A stretch of 27,698 nt of DNA from a virus (lineage: Duplodnaviria; Caudoviricetes). Location of the stretch: positions 1 through 27,698 of the IMG/VR virus record IMGVR_UViG_3300017911_000217; one strand, given 5' to 3'. The translations under genes were made by a program, and so were the position numbers. A model generated the notes under the pieces. It saw only the letters and a list, made by a program, of their open reading frames with translations, had not been told where the DNA came from and did not search any database. This document shows, in pieces, positions 14,717-24,323 of this stretch. Position 1 is the first letter of the stretch; each line of letters begins with the position of its first letter.

Positions 14717-16506
14717 TTGATAAAGAGTTAGAAACGCTGATCGCAGAGAACGGCACAGGGATGCAAAGAGAGTATGTGCCAAGCGAAGATGGCACAACGC
14801 GCGCCATTGTTACGCGGCGTATGGGCGCGACAGGCATGAACTTACAGCCGCCTATCCGCACGCCTATGCAACAGGCAGAACCGCGTGACATGACCGCAGG
14901 CGAAGCCGCTGCCGAGATTGGCACAGCAACAGCAGGTCTGGCGACAGGTGCTGTCGCTGGCGCGGTTGGCTTGCCCGGTGATATTGCGTCATTACTTTAT
15001 GGCAGTTATAAGGCGGCGTTCCCCGGACAAGACGAGGGGCGCGCAGAGGCTTTTGTTAAAGGCGTTGAGACTGTATCTAACGCGGCAGGGTCTGAGGCGG
15101 CACTTAATCTTATCAATAGCGTGATCCCGATTGAAAGCATGAACCCAGAAATGCGTGAGGCTTATGAGCAGGCACAAACTGCTGGTACGTTTGTCGGTAT
15201 GGGTAAGGCAACAAAGGGCGCGACAGCCGCGACTAAAGAGTTTATCGCTGGCGCGCCAGCGCGTGTAGCCGCACGCGAAACCGACACAGGCGTAACGCTT
15301 GCGGCTGGTGTTGATCCTACGCCTGCGATTGACCGCATGATTGCAAAAGCAACTGCGCCTAAAGATGACAAACCGGGCATCATTGCTTTCCACGGTTCTG
15401 GCGCAGATTTTGATGAATTTAAGGTAGATAAGATTGGAACAGGCGAAGGCGCGCAAGCGTATGGGTATGGCCTGTATTTTACTGACAGCGAAGACATTGC
15501 TAAATATTACCGTAGTGCGGTGACAGGAATGGATAGATACAATCAGCCTGACCTTGACACGCAAGCAGGTGGCTTCACTGAAGAATTAGGGTTTGATACA
15601 GTTGGTGGCACACATTCGCTTTCATCTGCTGACCCAGACTATGATTATTATATTGGAGAGTTAGATAAATTTGCTGTTAATAAATCTGAAAATTTATCAG
15701 AAAACTCTAAAACGTGGGAGTTTGAGGATGGCAGTGAACTGACCCTTCAAACAGAAGGCGTGATGACATTTAATGGCAAGCCGCTAGATAGCGTTTACAC
15801 GCGAGATGTTGAAGACAGGTTTGGCGTTGACATTAAGCGCATTGCAGAAGAAGCAAAGAATTTTGGAATTAGGGACGATGTTGGTACATTAGAAGACGAC
15901 ATTGGCATGATTTTCTCTAACTTAGGTCAAGGCATTTTTAATAAGCGAGATGCAAAAACCGCTGTTGAAAGCCTTGCAGGCCCATCAGGTCCGGGCGCGC
16001 CAAGCCGATACGAAACTATTTATAAGTATTTTATTGAGCCAAAGATTGACATGACAAGGGTTGATTACCTAATGAACGCTGGTCAGAAAAAAGGCAAGAT
16101 GTACAAGGTCGGCCTTGAGCCAAAGCCAGAAGATATGCTGGATTATGACTTGCCATTAAGCCAGCAGCCAAAGTTTGAAAAGGTTTTAGCCCCTATTTAT
16201 GAAGAGTATGGCGTAGCGAAAACGGCTGATATTGGCACTTTGTTTGAAAGTATCAAAAGCCAGCGTGGGATAATGCCAAAAGATTTATCTAAAAAACTTT
16301 CTGACGCTGGCATTCCCGGCATCAAGTATCGCGCCGCAGGTTCAAGAGGCGCAGGCATTGATGATGCGGCGGCTAAACGCAACTATGTTATCTTTGATGA
16401 CAAGATGATCAAAATCTTAGAAAAGTATGGTATTGTTGGGCCAGTATCTATTGCCGCAATGAACGCAGTCAGCGGTGACGAAAGTGAGGCAGACAATGGC
16501 GCGTAG
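14713..16506 (+). CDS. Putative ejection protein with C-terminal ADP-ribosyltransferase-like (ART-PolyVal-type) domain
   Basis: GTG start with GGAGG at 14701. Ala/Gly-rich N-half, then AFHGS..DFDEF...IGTGEGAQAYGYGLYFT...IAKYY ... GKMYKV ... AGIPGIKY ... NYVIFDD. Confidence 0.7.
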   Translation: MIDKELETLIAENGTGMQREYVPSEDGTTRAIVTRRMGATGMNLQPPIRTPMQQAEPRDMTAGEAAAEIGTATAGLATGAVAGAVGLPGDIASLLYGSYKAAFPGQDEGRAEAFVKGVETVSNAAGSEAALNLINSVIPIESMNPEMREAYEQAQTAGTFVGMGKATKGATAATKEFIAGAPARVAARETDTGVTLAAGVDPTPAIDRMIAKATAPKDDKPGIIAFHGSGADFDEFKVDKIGTGEGAQAYGYGLYFTDSEDIAKYYRSAVTGMDRYNQPDLDTQAGGFTEELGFDTVGGTHSLSSADPDYDYYIGELDKFAVNKSENLSENSKTWEFEDGSELTLQTEGVMTFNGKPLDSVYTRDVEDRFGVDIKRIAEEAKNFGIRDDVGTLEDDIGMIFSNLGQGIFNKRDAKTAVESLAGPSGPGAPSRYETIYKYFIEPKIDMTRVDYLMNAGQKKGKMYKVGLEPKPEDMLDYDLPLSQQPKFEKVLAPIYEEYGVAKTADIGTLFESIKSQRGIMPKDLSKKLSDAGIPGIKYRAAGSRGAGIDDAAAKRNYVIFDDKMIKILEKYGIVGPVSIAAMNAVSGDESEADNGA

Positions 16507-19417
16507 ACCAGTTAACCTTGAGACAATGCTGGAAGAAGAAAACGTCCAGCGTGATCTGCAAGAAGTAAAGTATGCTGTCCCGGAAGATCAGCCCGATGAT
16601 CTTATCAGCGATGAGCCAAATGTGTTTGCGCCTGAAACTCAGGAAGAACCAACTGCGGTAGAGCCTATCCAAGTTGCAGGCAAGATTGATTTGTTTACTG
16701 GTCTTGTCAAGGGCGTTACCAAGCGTGTGGACGAAGCCGAGAGGCGTGCCACACCGACAGCAAAACCGGAGGCACTAGAGCAACGCGGCGAAGATATTGT
16801 GGTGCGTAAAGCGTCTGATGAAGAAGAAGCAGAACTGGCCACAACGCTTGGCGTTACATCTAAATACACTAAGGGTCTAAACCTACCAGCGATTGCGGAA
16901 GCCGCCAAAGATATTGATATGGCCGTGTATCTGCAAAAGATCAAAGACGACAACGCTGAACTGTTTGAGACTGTTCGGCGCGGTACTATTAGTTACGCCA
17001 ACCTTCTAAAGATGGCAGAGGAAAAGGGCGTTGATCACCTTGTGCGTGAGTTTATCAAGCCGGGTCGCAAAAGCGCGATGCGCGCCGAAGACATCCTTGC
17101 TGGCCTGATTGGAGCGCAAGAACTAAGCAAGCGCACACAACAACTTGCTGAACGCGCATTTAAACTGACTGACCCGGCAGAACGCGAGGCGGCGTTTGAA
17201 CTAGCCGCCAATGCGGTCAAGGCCGAGGTCAATCTATACGCGCAGATTTCAGGCGAGGTATCCGAGGCGGCGCGTTCTGTATTTGCAATGCGTGAGGCGC
17301 AGCGTGTTGGCCTAGCCACCACACGCGGCGAGGAACTAAACAACCTGTTGCAGAACGAAGGCATCGACAGTTACGAGCGTTTCTTTGAGGCGTACTTGGC
17401 TATTCCACCCGGGCCGGGCAAGGCTAAGTTTTTACAGCGCGGATGGCATGACAAATCAATGGACTTTTTGAGTGAGAGTTTCATTAACGCTATTCTGTCG
17501 CACCCAGTAACTCATATGGTAAACGTGGCGGGTAACACTGGCTTTAACATTTTGCGTGGCGCAGAAGAAGCGGCTGCCGCAACCCACGGTCTTGTCCGAT
17601 CAGCAGTGACAGGAAACAAAGACCGTGTTTACTTTAGGGAAGCCCTAATACAGTTAGATAGTATGCGATCAGGATTTGTTGATGCCACACTTGTGTCAGC
17701 GAAATCATTTAAGCGCGGCGAGGCTTTGTCAGATGGTACTAAGATAGACACGCGATCACGCCGAGCAATCGGATCAACAGATGACCTTGGCGAGATCATC
17801 GGTATGTACGCCAAAGGTGATGTTGGTACTGCATTTATTAACACATTTGGTGTTTTAAACAGAATGTCTAGCCGTTTTCTTACAGCGGAAGATGAGTTTT
17901 TCAAGGGCATCCAGTATCAGGCTGAAATCAAGAAGCAAGCGCGCGTGCGTAGTTTCAAAGAGTTTGACTTGGCCATTGAGCGCGGTGATGACGTTGAAAC
18001 AGCAACGCAAAAAATGGGCGAGAGTTACGCGGCCTTGGTTAACAACCCACCAGAGCCTATGAGAAAAACAGCATCTGATATTTCCAAAGAAGCAACATTC
18101 CAAGCCGAAATGGGCAAAATTGGAGCAACGATTGAGCCTCTTATGGCTCACCCGCTGGCCAAACTTTTTGCTGTGCCGTTTTACAGAACACCGACAAACG
18201 TAATAAAAGAAACATTCAAGCGGTCACCGTTTGGCATTGCCAACTATTTTTACAAGGCAATGAAGCAGGGTGGGCGCGAGGCTGACCTTGCGTTTGGTCG
18301 GTTTGCCACAGGCACTGGCATTGCATCTCTTTTCGCCACTTATGCTATTGGTTACGATACGCCAGATAAAAACATCATTATCACTGGCTCACCCCTTAAT
18401 GACAGAGAAGCACAGCAGGCGCGCCAGCGTTTAAATATTCAAGACTTTTCTATTAACATTAAGCGCGAAGATGGGTCTGGGTTGTACGACAGTTATACAT
18501 ACTCACGCTTAGACCCTATGTCTGGCTTACTTGCTATGTCATCCGACTTTGCCTATTACGTCCAGCATGAAGACGATATAGATGCTGTGACGGATGTGGC
18601 GACTGCGCTTGGAATGGCTGTTATGAATTACAGTTTAGAAATGCCGTTTTTGCAGGGCGTGCAAGAACTTGGCATGATCTTCAGTGGCAGCGATACGGAA
18701 AATATCGGCGAGCGTTTGAATGAGTTTCTTGCAAGCCGCGCCACCGCTGCGGCTCTTTCAACTGTGCCAGCGGTTGCTTCACCTATATCCCCAACATCGT
18801 CATCACTTGTCGCAGGCTTTGAGCGTATCGGTGATCCTGAGATGACTGAGACACGAATGTTGTCAGAGCGTTTTGGCGATGTGGAGAATATGAGCGATGT
18901 TGAGCGTGGTTTTTATCTTGAATTGCAAAGAGCAATGTCAAGAAACCCATTTTTCAACGAAGACTTGCCGCCACGCCTTAACCTTTGGGGCGAGCCTTTG
19001 CAGGCGGGTCGCGGTGTTGGATGGGAGATCATTAACCCAATCCGCATTGCCGAGGCTAAATATCAGGGTGTTGATAAAGAGTTGTTGCGGATTGGCGATG
19101 GTATCTCAATGCCTAACAAGAAGATGGGCGGCGTGCGTCTGTCAGCGGAGCAATACAACAGATTTATCATGTTAACTGCACAGTCTGACTATGGGGGCAG
19201 TATGCCCGGCAGTGGCAATTATGATGCTGGTCAGACGCTCGCTGATGAATTGCTGGAACTGGTTAACAGCAGAAGTTATCAAAGAATTGAGTTTGACAGC
19301 GACAAACTAAAAGAGATTAGAAATGTTGTTGAAAGTCGCCGCAGTGATGCGAGGGCTGTGTTGCTGGACGAGTACCCTGAACTTGCCGCCAGAATTGATG
19401 CGCGCAAGCAAAAGTGA
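16496..19417 (+). CDS. Large internal virion protein (gp16-like position)
   Basis: About 973 aa from ATG 16496 (GAGG upstream); motifs RFL.AEDEFFK, PFYRTPTNV and YSRLDP; last gene before the tail fibre. Confidence 0.75.
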   Translation: MARRPVNLETMLEEENVQRDLQEVKYAVPEDQPDDLISDEPNVFAPETQEEPTAVEPIQVAGKIDLFTGLVKGVTKRVDEAERRATPTAKPEALEQRGEDIVVRKASDEEEAELATTLGVTSKYTKGLNLPAIAEAAKDIDMAVYLQKIKDDNAELFETVRRGTISYANLLKMAEEKGVDHLVREFIKPGRKSAMRAEDILAGLIGAQELSKRTQQLAERAFKLTDPAEREAAFELAANAVKAEVNLYAQISGEVSEAARSVFAMREAQRVGLATTRGEELNNLLQNEGIDSYERFFEAYLAIPPGPGKAKFLQRGWHDKSMDFLSESFINAILSHPVTHMVNVAGNTGFNILRGAEEAAAATHGLVRSAVTGNKDRVYFREALIQLDSMRSGFVDATLVSAKSFKRGEALSDGTKIDTRSRRAIGSTDDLGEIIGMYAKGDVGTAFINTFGVLNRMSSRFLTAEDEFFKGIQYQAEIKKQARVRSFKEFDLAIERGDDVETATQKMGESYAALVNNPPEPMRKTASDISKEATFQAEMGKIGATIEPLMAHPLAKLFAVPFYRTPTNVIKETFKRSPFGIANYFYKAMKQGGREADLAFGRFATGTGIASLFATYAIGYDTPDKNIIITGSPLNDREAQQARQRLNIQDFSINIKREDGSGLYDSYTYSRLDPMSGLLAMSSDFAYYVQHEDDIDAVTDVATALGMAVMNYSLEMPFLQGVQELGMIFSGSDTENIGERLNEFLASRATAAALSTVPAVASPISPTSSSLVAGFERIGDPEMTETRMLSERFGDVENMSDVERGFYLELQRAMSRNPFFNEDLPPRLNLWGEPLQAGRGVGWEIINPIRIAEAKYQGVDKELLRIGDGISMPNKKMGGVRLSAEQYNRFIMLTAQSDYGGSMPGSGNYDAGQTLADELLELVNSRSYQRIEFDSDKLKEIRNVVESRRSDARAVLLDEYPELAARIDARKQK

Positions 19418-19423
19418 TATATT
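19395..19423 (+). promoter_or_regulatory. Putative promoter for the tail-fibre region
   Basis: TTGATG (19395-400), 17 nt, TATATT (19418-23), with extended -10 TGn (19415-17). Confidence 0.5.
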
Positions 19424-19445
19424 AATGCTGACGAGAGGCTAACCA

Positions 19446-20852
19446 ATGGCAGACTATAACATTAACGCGATTACAAGGCGTGTGGTATTTACCGGGTCAG
19501 CCGGGCTTGGGCCATACGCATTTACGTTTGAGGTGCTGGATGAAGATGACATCGCGGTGTATTTCAACGCGACTAAACTCACCATCACCACAGACTATAC
19601 CGTAACCGTTAATGCCAATGGTACTGGCTCAGTCACCATCGTTACAGGCGGCAATGTATCCGACACGCCAGATGCAAACGACACAATCACAGTTGTTGGC
19701 GCGCGTGACATCGAGCGCACCACAGACTTTGTGACTGCTGGTGACCTGCGCGCCGCCGCGCTGAACGAGCAACTTGACGGTCAGATCATCATGACCCAGC
19801 AGTTGGCCGAGGAAAACAAGCGCGCGCTATCCGCGCCAGTGACTGACCCGGCACACGTTGATGATGGCGGCTCGCTCGACATGACACTGCCTGCGAAGGA
19901 TACGCGCAAGGGTAAGACGCTACAGTTTAACGCGACAACTGGTAACCCGGAAGCCGGGCCAACGGCAGACGAAGTTAGCAACGCGCAGACTTACGCCAAC
20001 AATGCGTCAGCGTCAGCCACCGCCGCCGCGTCAAGCGCGACATCTGCCGCATCATCAGCCACCAGCGCATCTAACGCGCAGACCGCCGCGGAGACAGCGG
20101 AGACAAATGCGGAAACCGCTGAGACAAATGCGGAAACAGCGCAGACAGCGGCTGAGACAGCCAAGACTGCCGCGGAAACTGCACAGACCGCTTCCGAAAC
20201 TGCGAAGACCGGGGCTGAGACTGCACAGACTGCGGCTGAAACAGCGCAGGCCGCGGCAGAAACTGCGGAGACAAACGCTGAGACAGCGGAGACAAACGCG
20301 CAGGCGAGCGAAGACGAAGCCGAAGCGTGGGCGCAGAAGATTGATGGCGAAGCGGTCACAGGCGAAGGCTATTCATCTAAGGCTTGGGCAACAGGCGGCA
20401 CAGGTGTTACAGATACAGCAGGTTCTGGTGCGGCTAAAGAGTGGGCGATTGAGACTGCATCTACTGTTGATGGCACAGAATACTCTGCCAAAGAGTACGC
20501 CATTGGCTCACAGGCCGCTAATACTAACGGTTCTGCAAAGCAGTGGGCGTTAGGTGGTGGTGCATCATATTCAACGAATACCACGGTAGATGGCACAAAC
20601 TACTCAGCACGTTATTGGGCAGAACAAGCGGCGGCAAGCGTTGATGGTTTTGACGACACATACCTTGGCGCAAAGTCATCCGACCCAACTGTGGATAATG
20701 ATGGGGACGCTTTGACCGCTGGCGATATTTATTTTTCAACGACACTAAACAAACTTCGCGTCTATGATGGCACAAACTGGAATGATGCTGTCACAGACAC
20801 AACTGGCTTTGCTACTAACGGCTTCGCCATTGCTATGGCTATCGCATTATAG
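19446..20852 (+). CDS. Tail fibre protein (T7 gp17-like N-terminal anchor, coiled-coil shaft)
   Basis: N-terminal Y.FTF.V....DI.V...L....DYTV...DF...LN..LD...QQL; Ala/Thr/Glu heptads; SAKxWA repeats; ends GFAIAMAIAL. Confidence 0.88.
   Translation: MADYNINAITRRVVFTGSAGLGPYAFTFEVLDEDDIAVYFNATKLTITTDYTVTVNANGTGSVTIVTGGNVSDTPDANDTITVVGARDIERTTDFVTAGDLRAAALNEQLDGQIIMTQQLAEENKRALSAPVTDPAHVDDGGSLDMTLPAKDTRKGKTLQFNATTGNPEAGPTADEVSNAQTYANNASASATAAASSATSAASSATSASNAQTAAETAETNAETAETNAETAQTAAETAKTAAETAQTASETAKTGAETAQTAAETAQAAAETAETNAETAETNAQASEDEAEAWAQKIDGEAVTGEGYSSKAWATGGTGVTDTAGSGAAKEWAIETASTVDGTEYSAKEYAIGSQAANTNGSAKQWALGGGASYSTNTTVDGTNYSARYWAEQAAASVDGFDDTYLGAKSSDPTVDNDGDALTAGDIYFSTTLNKLRVYDGTNWNDAVTDTTGFATNGFAIAMAIAL
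20088..20297 (+). repeat. Ten tandem 21-bp / 7-aa repeats (AETAETN / AETAQTA)
   Basis: Read directly from the translation; synonymous positions differ between units. Confidence 0.9.
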
Positions 20853-20861
20853 GAGTAAAGG

Positions 20862-21197
20862 ATGGCACAGAACTTTAGACGATATGTACTTAACTCGGTA
20901 GGCACTACAGCCGCCGACATTCCTGATGGGGCTAACTTTGACAGTTACGACACACTGGTTGGTATCCATTGCACTAACATCACAGACAATGCGATTAACG
21001 TAGATGTCTATATTAACGATGGCACTAACGACATTTACTTGGTCAAGGGTGCGCCTATTGCGGCTGGTGGTGCGCTACAGATTATGGATGGCGGTGCTAA
21101 GATTGTGGTGCAGTCAGGTGACAGATTATACGTTAAATCAGATACGGCATCATCTCTGGATGTGTGGGTATCTGCTGTTGATGCTATTTCTACATAG
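20862..21197 (+). CDS. Small tail-fibre-associated protein
   Basis: SD AGGAG; YLVKGAPIAAGGALQIMDGGAKIVVQSGD.L.V.SDTASSLDV; 111 aa. Confidence 0.75.
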   Translation: MAQNFRRYVLNSVGTTAADIPDGANFDSYDTLVGIHCTNITDNAINVDVYINDGTNDIYLVKGAPIAAGGALQIMDGGAKIVVQSGDRLYVKSDTASSLDVWVSAVDAIST

Positions 21198-21204
21198 GTG
21201 ATTT

Positions 21205-22074
21205 ATGGGTTACGTTGGCAATCAAACATCTAACAGTTACACAAGCCTAGCCAAGCAGACTATCACTGGCGATGGCGGTGCATCCTATACGCTTGACCAC
21301 GCTGTAGCAAACGTCAATGAGATTGAGGTGTTCGTCAATAACGTCCGACAAGAGCCTTCAGTTGCCTATACGGTGTCAGGTACTGCATTGACTATGACAG
21401 GCAACGTAGCGGCTTCAGATGACTTCTATGTGGTGTTTCAGGGTAAGGCTATCCAGACTGTTGTGCCGCCTGATGACAGCGTGACCACGGCTCGTATCAA
21501 TGATGGTGCTGTGACAAACGCTAAGATTGCAGACAACGCAGTAGATACAGCGCAGATTGCGGCAAACGCTGTGACATCTGCTAAACTATATAGCGGTCAC
21601 TATGCAGATGGTCTTACTGCTTTAGACATTTGGTATCAATCAGCAAGTGCATCGCAACCTTCTGGCTCTGGTGTGATTAGTAGCCTCACGCAGTTTACGC
21701 AAAACTTTGACAATCTTGGCACAAGCATGAGCCAAAATGGTTCTGGTGTGTTTACATTCCCCTCTACTGGTGTGTGGGAGATAGAGTGGAACATAGCGGC
21801 ATTATCAAGCGGTGTGTCAAACACATATATTGTTGGCTACATTTACACCACAATAAATAACGGAACTAATTGGGTTTTTGCGGCAGGTTCTGGTGGTGGT
21901 AACGCTTCAAGCGGTCAGTATGCGGAATCTCACGCAAAAGTATATTTCAAAGTTGATGACACAAGTAATGATAAAGTCAGATTTCACAAAGACAGCCAAA
22001 GCGGCTTTAGCATGATGGGTAACTCAACTGGTTTGCGTACATTCGCTGTATTCAAAAAAGTAGCGGAACTATAG
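21205..22074 (+). CDS. Tail fibre/receptor-binding protein with beta-rich (C1q-like) head
   Basis: MGYVGNQ...VFVNNVRQEP..AYTVSGT.LT; V(T/D)xAxIxxxA repeats; SGVFTFPSTGVWEI. Confidence 0.75.
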   Translation: MGYVGNQTSNSYTSLAKQTITGDGGASYTLDHAVANVNEIEVFVNNVRQEPSVAYTVSGTALTMTGNVAASDDFYVVFQGKAIQTVVPPDDSVTTARINDGAVTNAKIADNAVDTAQIAANAVTSAKLYSGHYADGLTALDIWYQSASASQPSGSGVISSLTQFTQNFDNLGTSMSQNGSGVFTFPSTGVWEIEWNIAALSSGVSNTYIVGYIYTTINNGTNWVFAAGSGGGNASSGQYAESHAKVYFKVDDTSNDKVRFHKDSQSGFSMMGNSTGLRTFAVFKKVAEL

Positions 22075-22083
22075 GAGTAAGCA

Positions 22084-23172
22084 ATGGCACTTTCTAAAAT
22101 TACAAACGCTTCCGTTGCTGACACTGCTGTTCACGGACGCAGAAATCTCATTATCAATGGGGCTATGAATGTAGCACAGCGTGGTACGTCATTTACAGGA
22201 AATGTCTACACCTTAGATAGATTCAAACCATCTGCCGCCAATACAGACCAACTCGTTGCTACCGTAACACAAGAGTCCGATTCGCCAAATGGATTTAGTA
22301 ACTCTTTAAAACTTACCACCACAACGGCAGAAACCACATTAGATGCTGATGAACATCTTAGTGTTAGATACCGTATTGAGGGGCAAGATTTACAGCACTT
22401 AAAGTTTGGAACTTCTGATGCCTTGCAGACTACATTGTCTTTTTGGGTTAAGTCATCTGAAGCGGCTACATTCACGGTGTTTATATACCAAGCCGATGAT
22501 GGTAGAATGGTCACAAAACCATACACTATTAACTCTGCTGACACTTGGGAATACAAAACCATAACTTTTCCAGCAGACACAACAGGCGTGATAGATAATA
22601 ACAACGGTGAAGGTTTCCAAATTTCTTTTGGTTTAGGTGCAGGTAGCAATCTTACTGGCGGGTCAACTGGTTCTTGGGCGGCATACTCTACGAGCAATGA
22701 GCAAGCAGGAAACACTTCAACTATTCCTACAACGCTTAACGCCACTTGGCAAATTACAGGCGTTCAGTTAGAAGTTGGCGACACTGCTACCCCCTTCGAG
22801 CATCGGTCATACGGTGAGGAACTGGCGTTGTGTCAGAGGTATTACTATGTTCTTGGTGATGGCTCTATCCAAAGTAACTCTAAATTAGGAAACGGTTATG
22901 GCTGGGCTTCAGGGCAAGTGGAACTTATTGTCAATTTTCCAGTACAACTGCGTTCTGCCCCAACATTAAAGCAACCTAGTGGAAGCAACAAATACACTTG
23001 GGCTTCTTCTTCTGGTTCTATCACCTTTGATGATTTGACTATATATCAACCTAATGTACAGAATTGCTTAATATATAAATCTGGACTATCTGGCGTTACT
23101 CAAGGTCGAGGCTACCGCGCACACCTTAATAATGATTCTGATGGATATGTCGCTTTTGATGCGGAGTTATAA
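22084..23172 (+). CDS. Tail fibre protein with carbohydrate-binding-like domain
   Basis: RNLIINGAMNVAQRG...DRF...TLSFWVKS...TGVQLEVG..ATPFEHRSYGEELALCQRYY. Confidence 0.8.
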   Translation: MALSKITNASVADTAVHGRRNLIINGAMNVAQRGTSFTGNVYTLDRFKPSAANTDQLVATVTQESDSPNGFSNSLKLTTTTAETTLDADEHLSVRYRIEGQDLQHLKFGTSDALQTTLSFWVKSSEAATFTVFIYQADDGRMVTKPYTINSADTWEYKTITFPADTTGVIDNNNGEGFQISFGLGAGSNLTGGSTGSWAAYSTSNEQAGNTSTIPTTLNATWQITGVQLEVGDTATPFEHRSYGEELALCQRYYYVLGDGSIQSNSKLGNGYGWASGQVELIVNFPVQLRSAPTLKQPSGSNKYTWASSSGSITFDDLTIYQPNVQNCLIYKSGLSGVTQGRGYRAHLNNDSDGYVAFDAEL

Positions 23173-23174
23173 AA

Positions 23175-23351
23175 ATGGAAGATATGAATGTTACATCAGC
23201 ACAATACAACGCTATTGATGGGGTCAACGGCTCAATCACAGCAGTCATTGACGGAGAAACACTATCTGTACCAATGGACACAGCGAACAGACACTACCAA
23301 GCAATCTTAGATTGGGTGGCAGACGGTAACACAATACAGGATGCAGACTAA
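23175..23351 (+). CDS. 58-aa tail-fibre assembly chaperone-like protein
   Basis: Hand-translated MEDMNVTSAQY...VPMDTANRHYQAILDWVADGNTIQDAD; GGAG upstream; stop overlaps the next start. Missing from the track. Confidence 0.75.
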   Translation: MEDMNVTSAQYNAIDGVNGSITAVIDGETLSVPMDTANRHYQAILDWVADGNTIQDAD

Positions 23352-23815
23352 TGGCTTATATCGGGGTCGCTCCCTCAAGCGGTTTATTTAAGAAACTAGA
23401 CAGCATCACCACGGTTAATGCACAGGCCGCATACACGATGCAGTACAACAGCAGTAACTTCAAGCCAGCGACTGCTGAACAACTTATTGTGTCTGTAAAC
23501 GGTGTCATCCAAGCACCCAATGATGCCTACACCATTAGCGGTAGCACCATCACGTTCTCAGAGAACCTAGTCACTGGTGATGTCATTGACTTCATCGTGG
23601 CTCTGGGCGAGGTGGGTAACACAGTCACGCCTGTTGATGGCTCAGTGGATGTAAACAAGATGTCAGCCAGCATCATGAAAGATGCAGCGATTAGGGTAAA
23701 CGACACAAGCCTAACGAATGATGTTACAATAGCATCAGATGAAAACGCTATGGTGGCTGGCCCATTTACCGTATCGGCTAACCTCACAGTAAACGGAGTG
23801 TTGACCATTGTCTAA
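23351..23815 (+). CDS. Tail fibre adaptor-like protein
   Basis: MAYIG...VSVNGVIQAP..AYTISGSTITF (paralogous to the 21205 N-terminus); ends ENAMVAGPFTVSANLTVNGVLTIV. Confidence 0.75.
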   Translation: MAYIGVAPSSGLFKKLDSITTVNAQAAYTMQYNSSNFKPATAEQLIVSVNGVIQAPNDAYTISGSTITFSENLVTGDVIDFIVALGEVGNTVTPVDGSVDVNKMSASIMKDAAIRVNDTSLTNDVTIASDENAMVAGPFTVSANLTVNGVLTIV

Positions 23816-24314
23816 GTTATACGTTGATGAACTACAGCCAAAGACATCTGGCGGTATTATTAAAAACCCACAACTGCCTGTTGCTACCGTTAGTTTAACC
23901 AGAGGCAACCCTGATGATGCAACTGACCCTTACTCACCAGCGCAAGGTACGGTCATTAAGTTTGACCAAGTGTTGATTAACAGGGGCAACATTTATGACC
24001 CGACAACTGGAAGGTTTACTGCCAATCAAGCAGGGGCTTGGGAGTTTACTGGTGCTTTTATGACAGGAACAACAACAAGCACCAATCACAGTCTTAAATT
24101 TTATAAGAACGGTAGCACATCAGACCCTTTCACAACTGGCATTACCAGAGCATACAATGAGGTAGATAGTCTTTTTGTTATGATGCCAGTTAATTTTGTT
24201 CTTGAATTAGAAAAAGATGATTACATCACTGCCATTTTCTGGGCTGGCGAGTTACATATAGATGTTGCAGGTGCGGCGGCATACAACAGTGCAACCTTTA
24301 AGTTTCTTGGATAG
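23808..24314 (+). CDS. C1q-like domain protein
   Basis: TTG start with GGAG upstream; IKFDQVLINRGNIYDPTTGRFTA...G.WEF...KNG...LELEKDDYI. Confidence 0.8.
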   Translation: MSKLYVDELQPKTSGGIIKNPQLPVATVSLTRGNPDDATDPYSPAQGTVIKFDQVLINRGNIYDPTTGRFTANQAGAWEFTGAFMTGTTTSTNHSLKFYKNGSTSDPFTTGITRAYNEVDSLFVMMPVNFVLELEKDDYITAIFWAGELHIDVAGAAAYNSATFKFLG

Positions 24315-24323
24315 GAGTAAACA

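Noticed and set aside
20002-20553. Arg/Gln/Pro-rich 183-aa alternative-frame ORF
   Set aside because: It is a by-product of the Ala/Thr/Glu repeat codons of the tail fibre.
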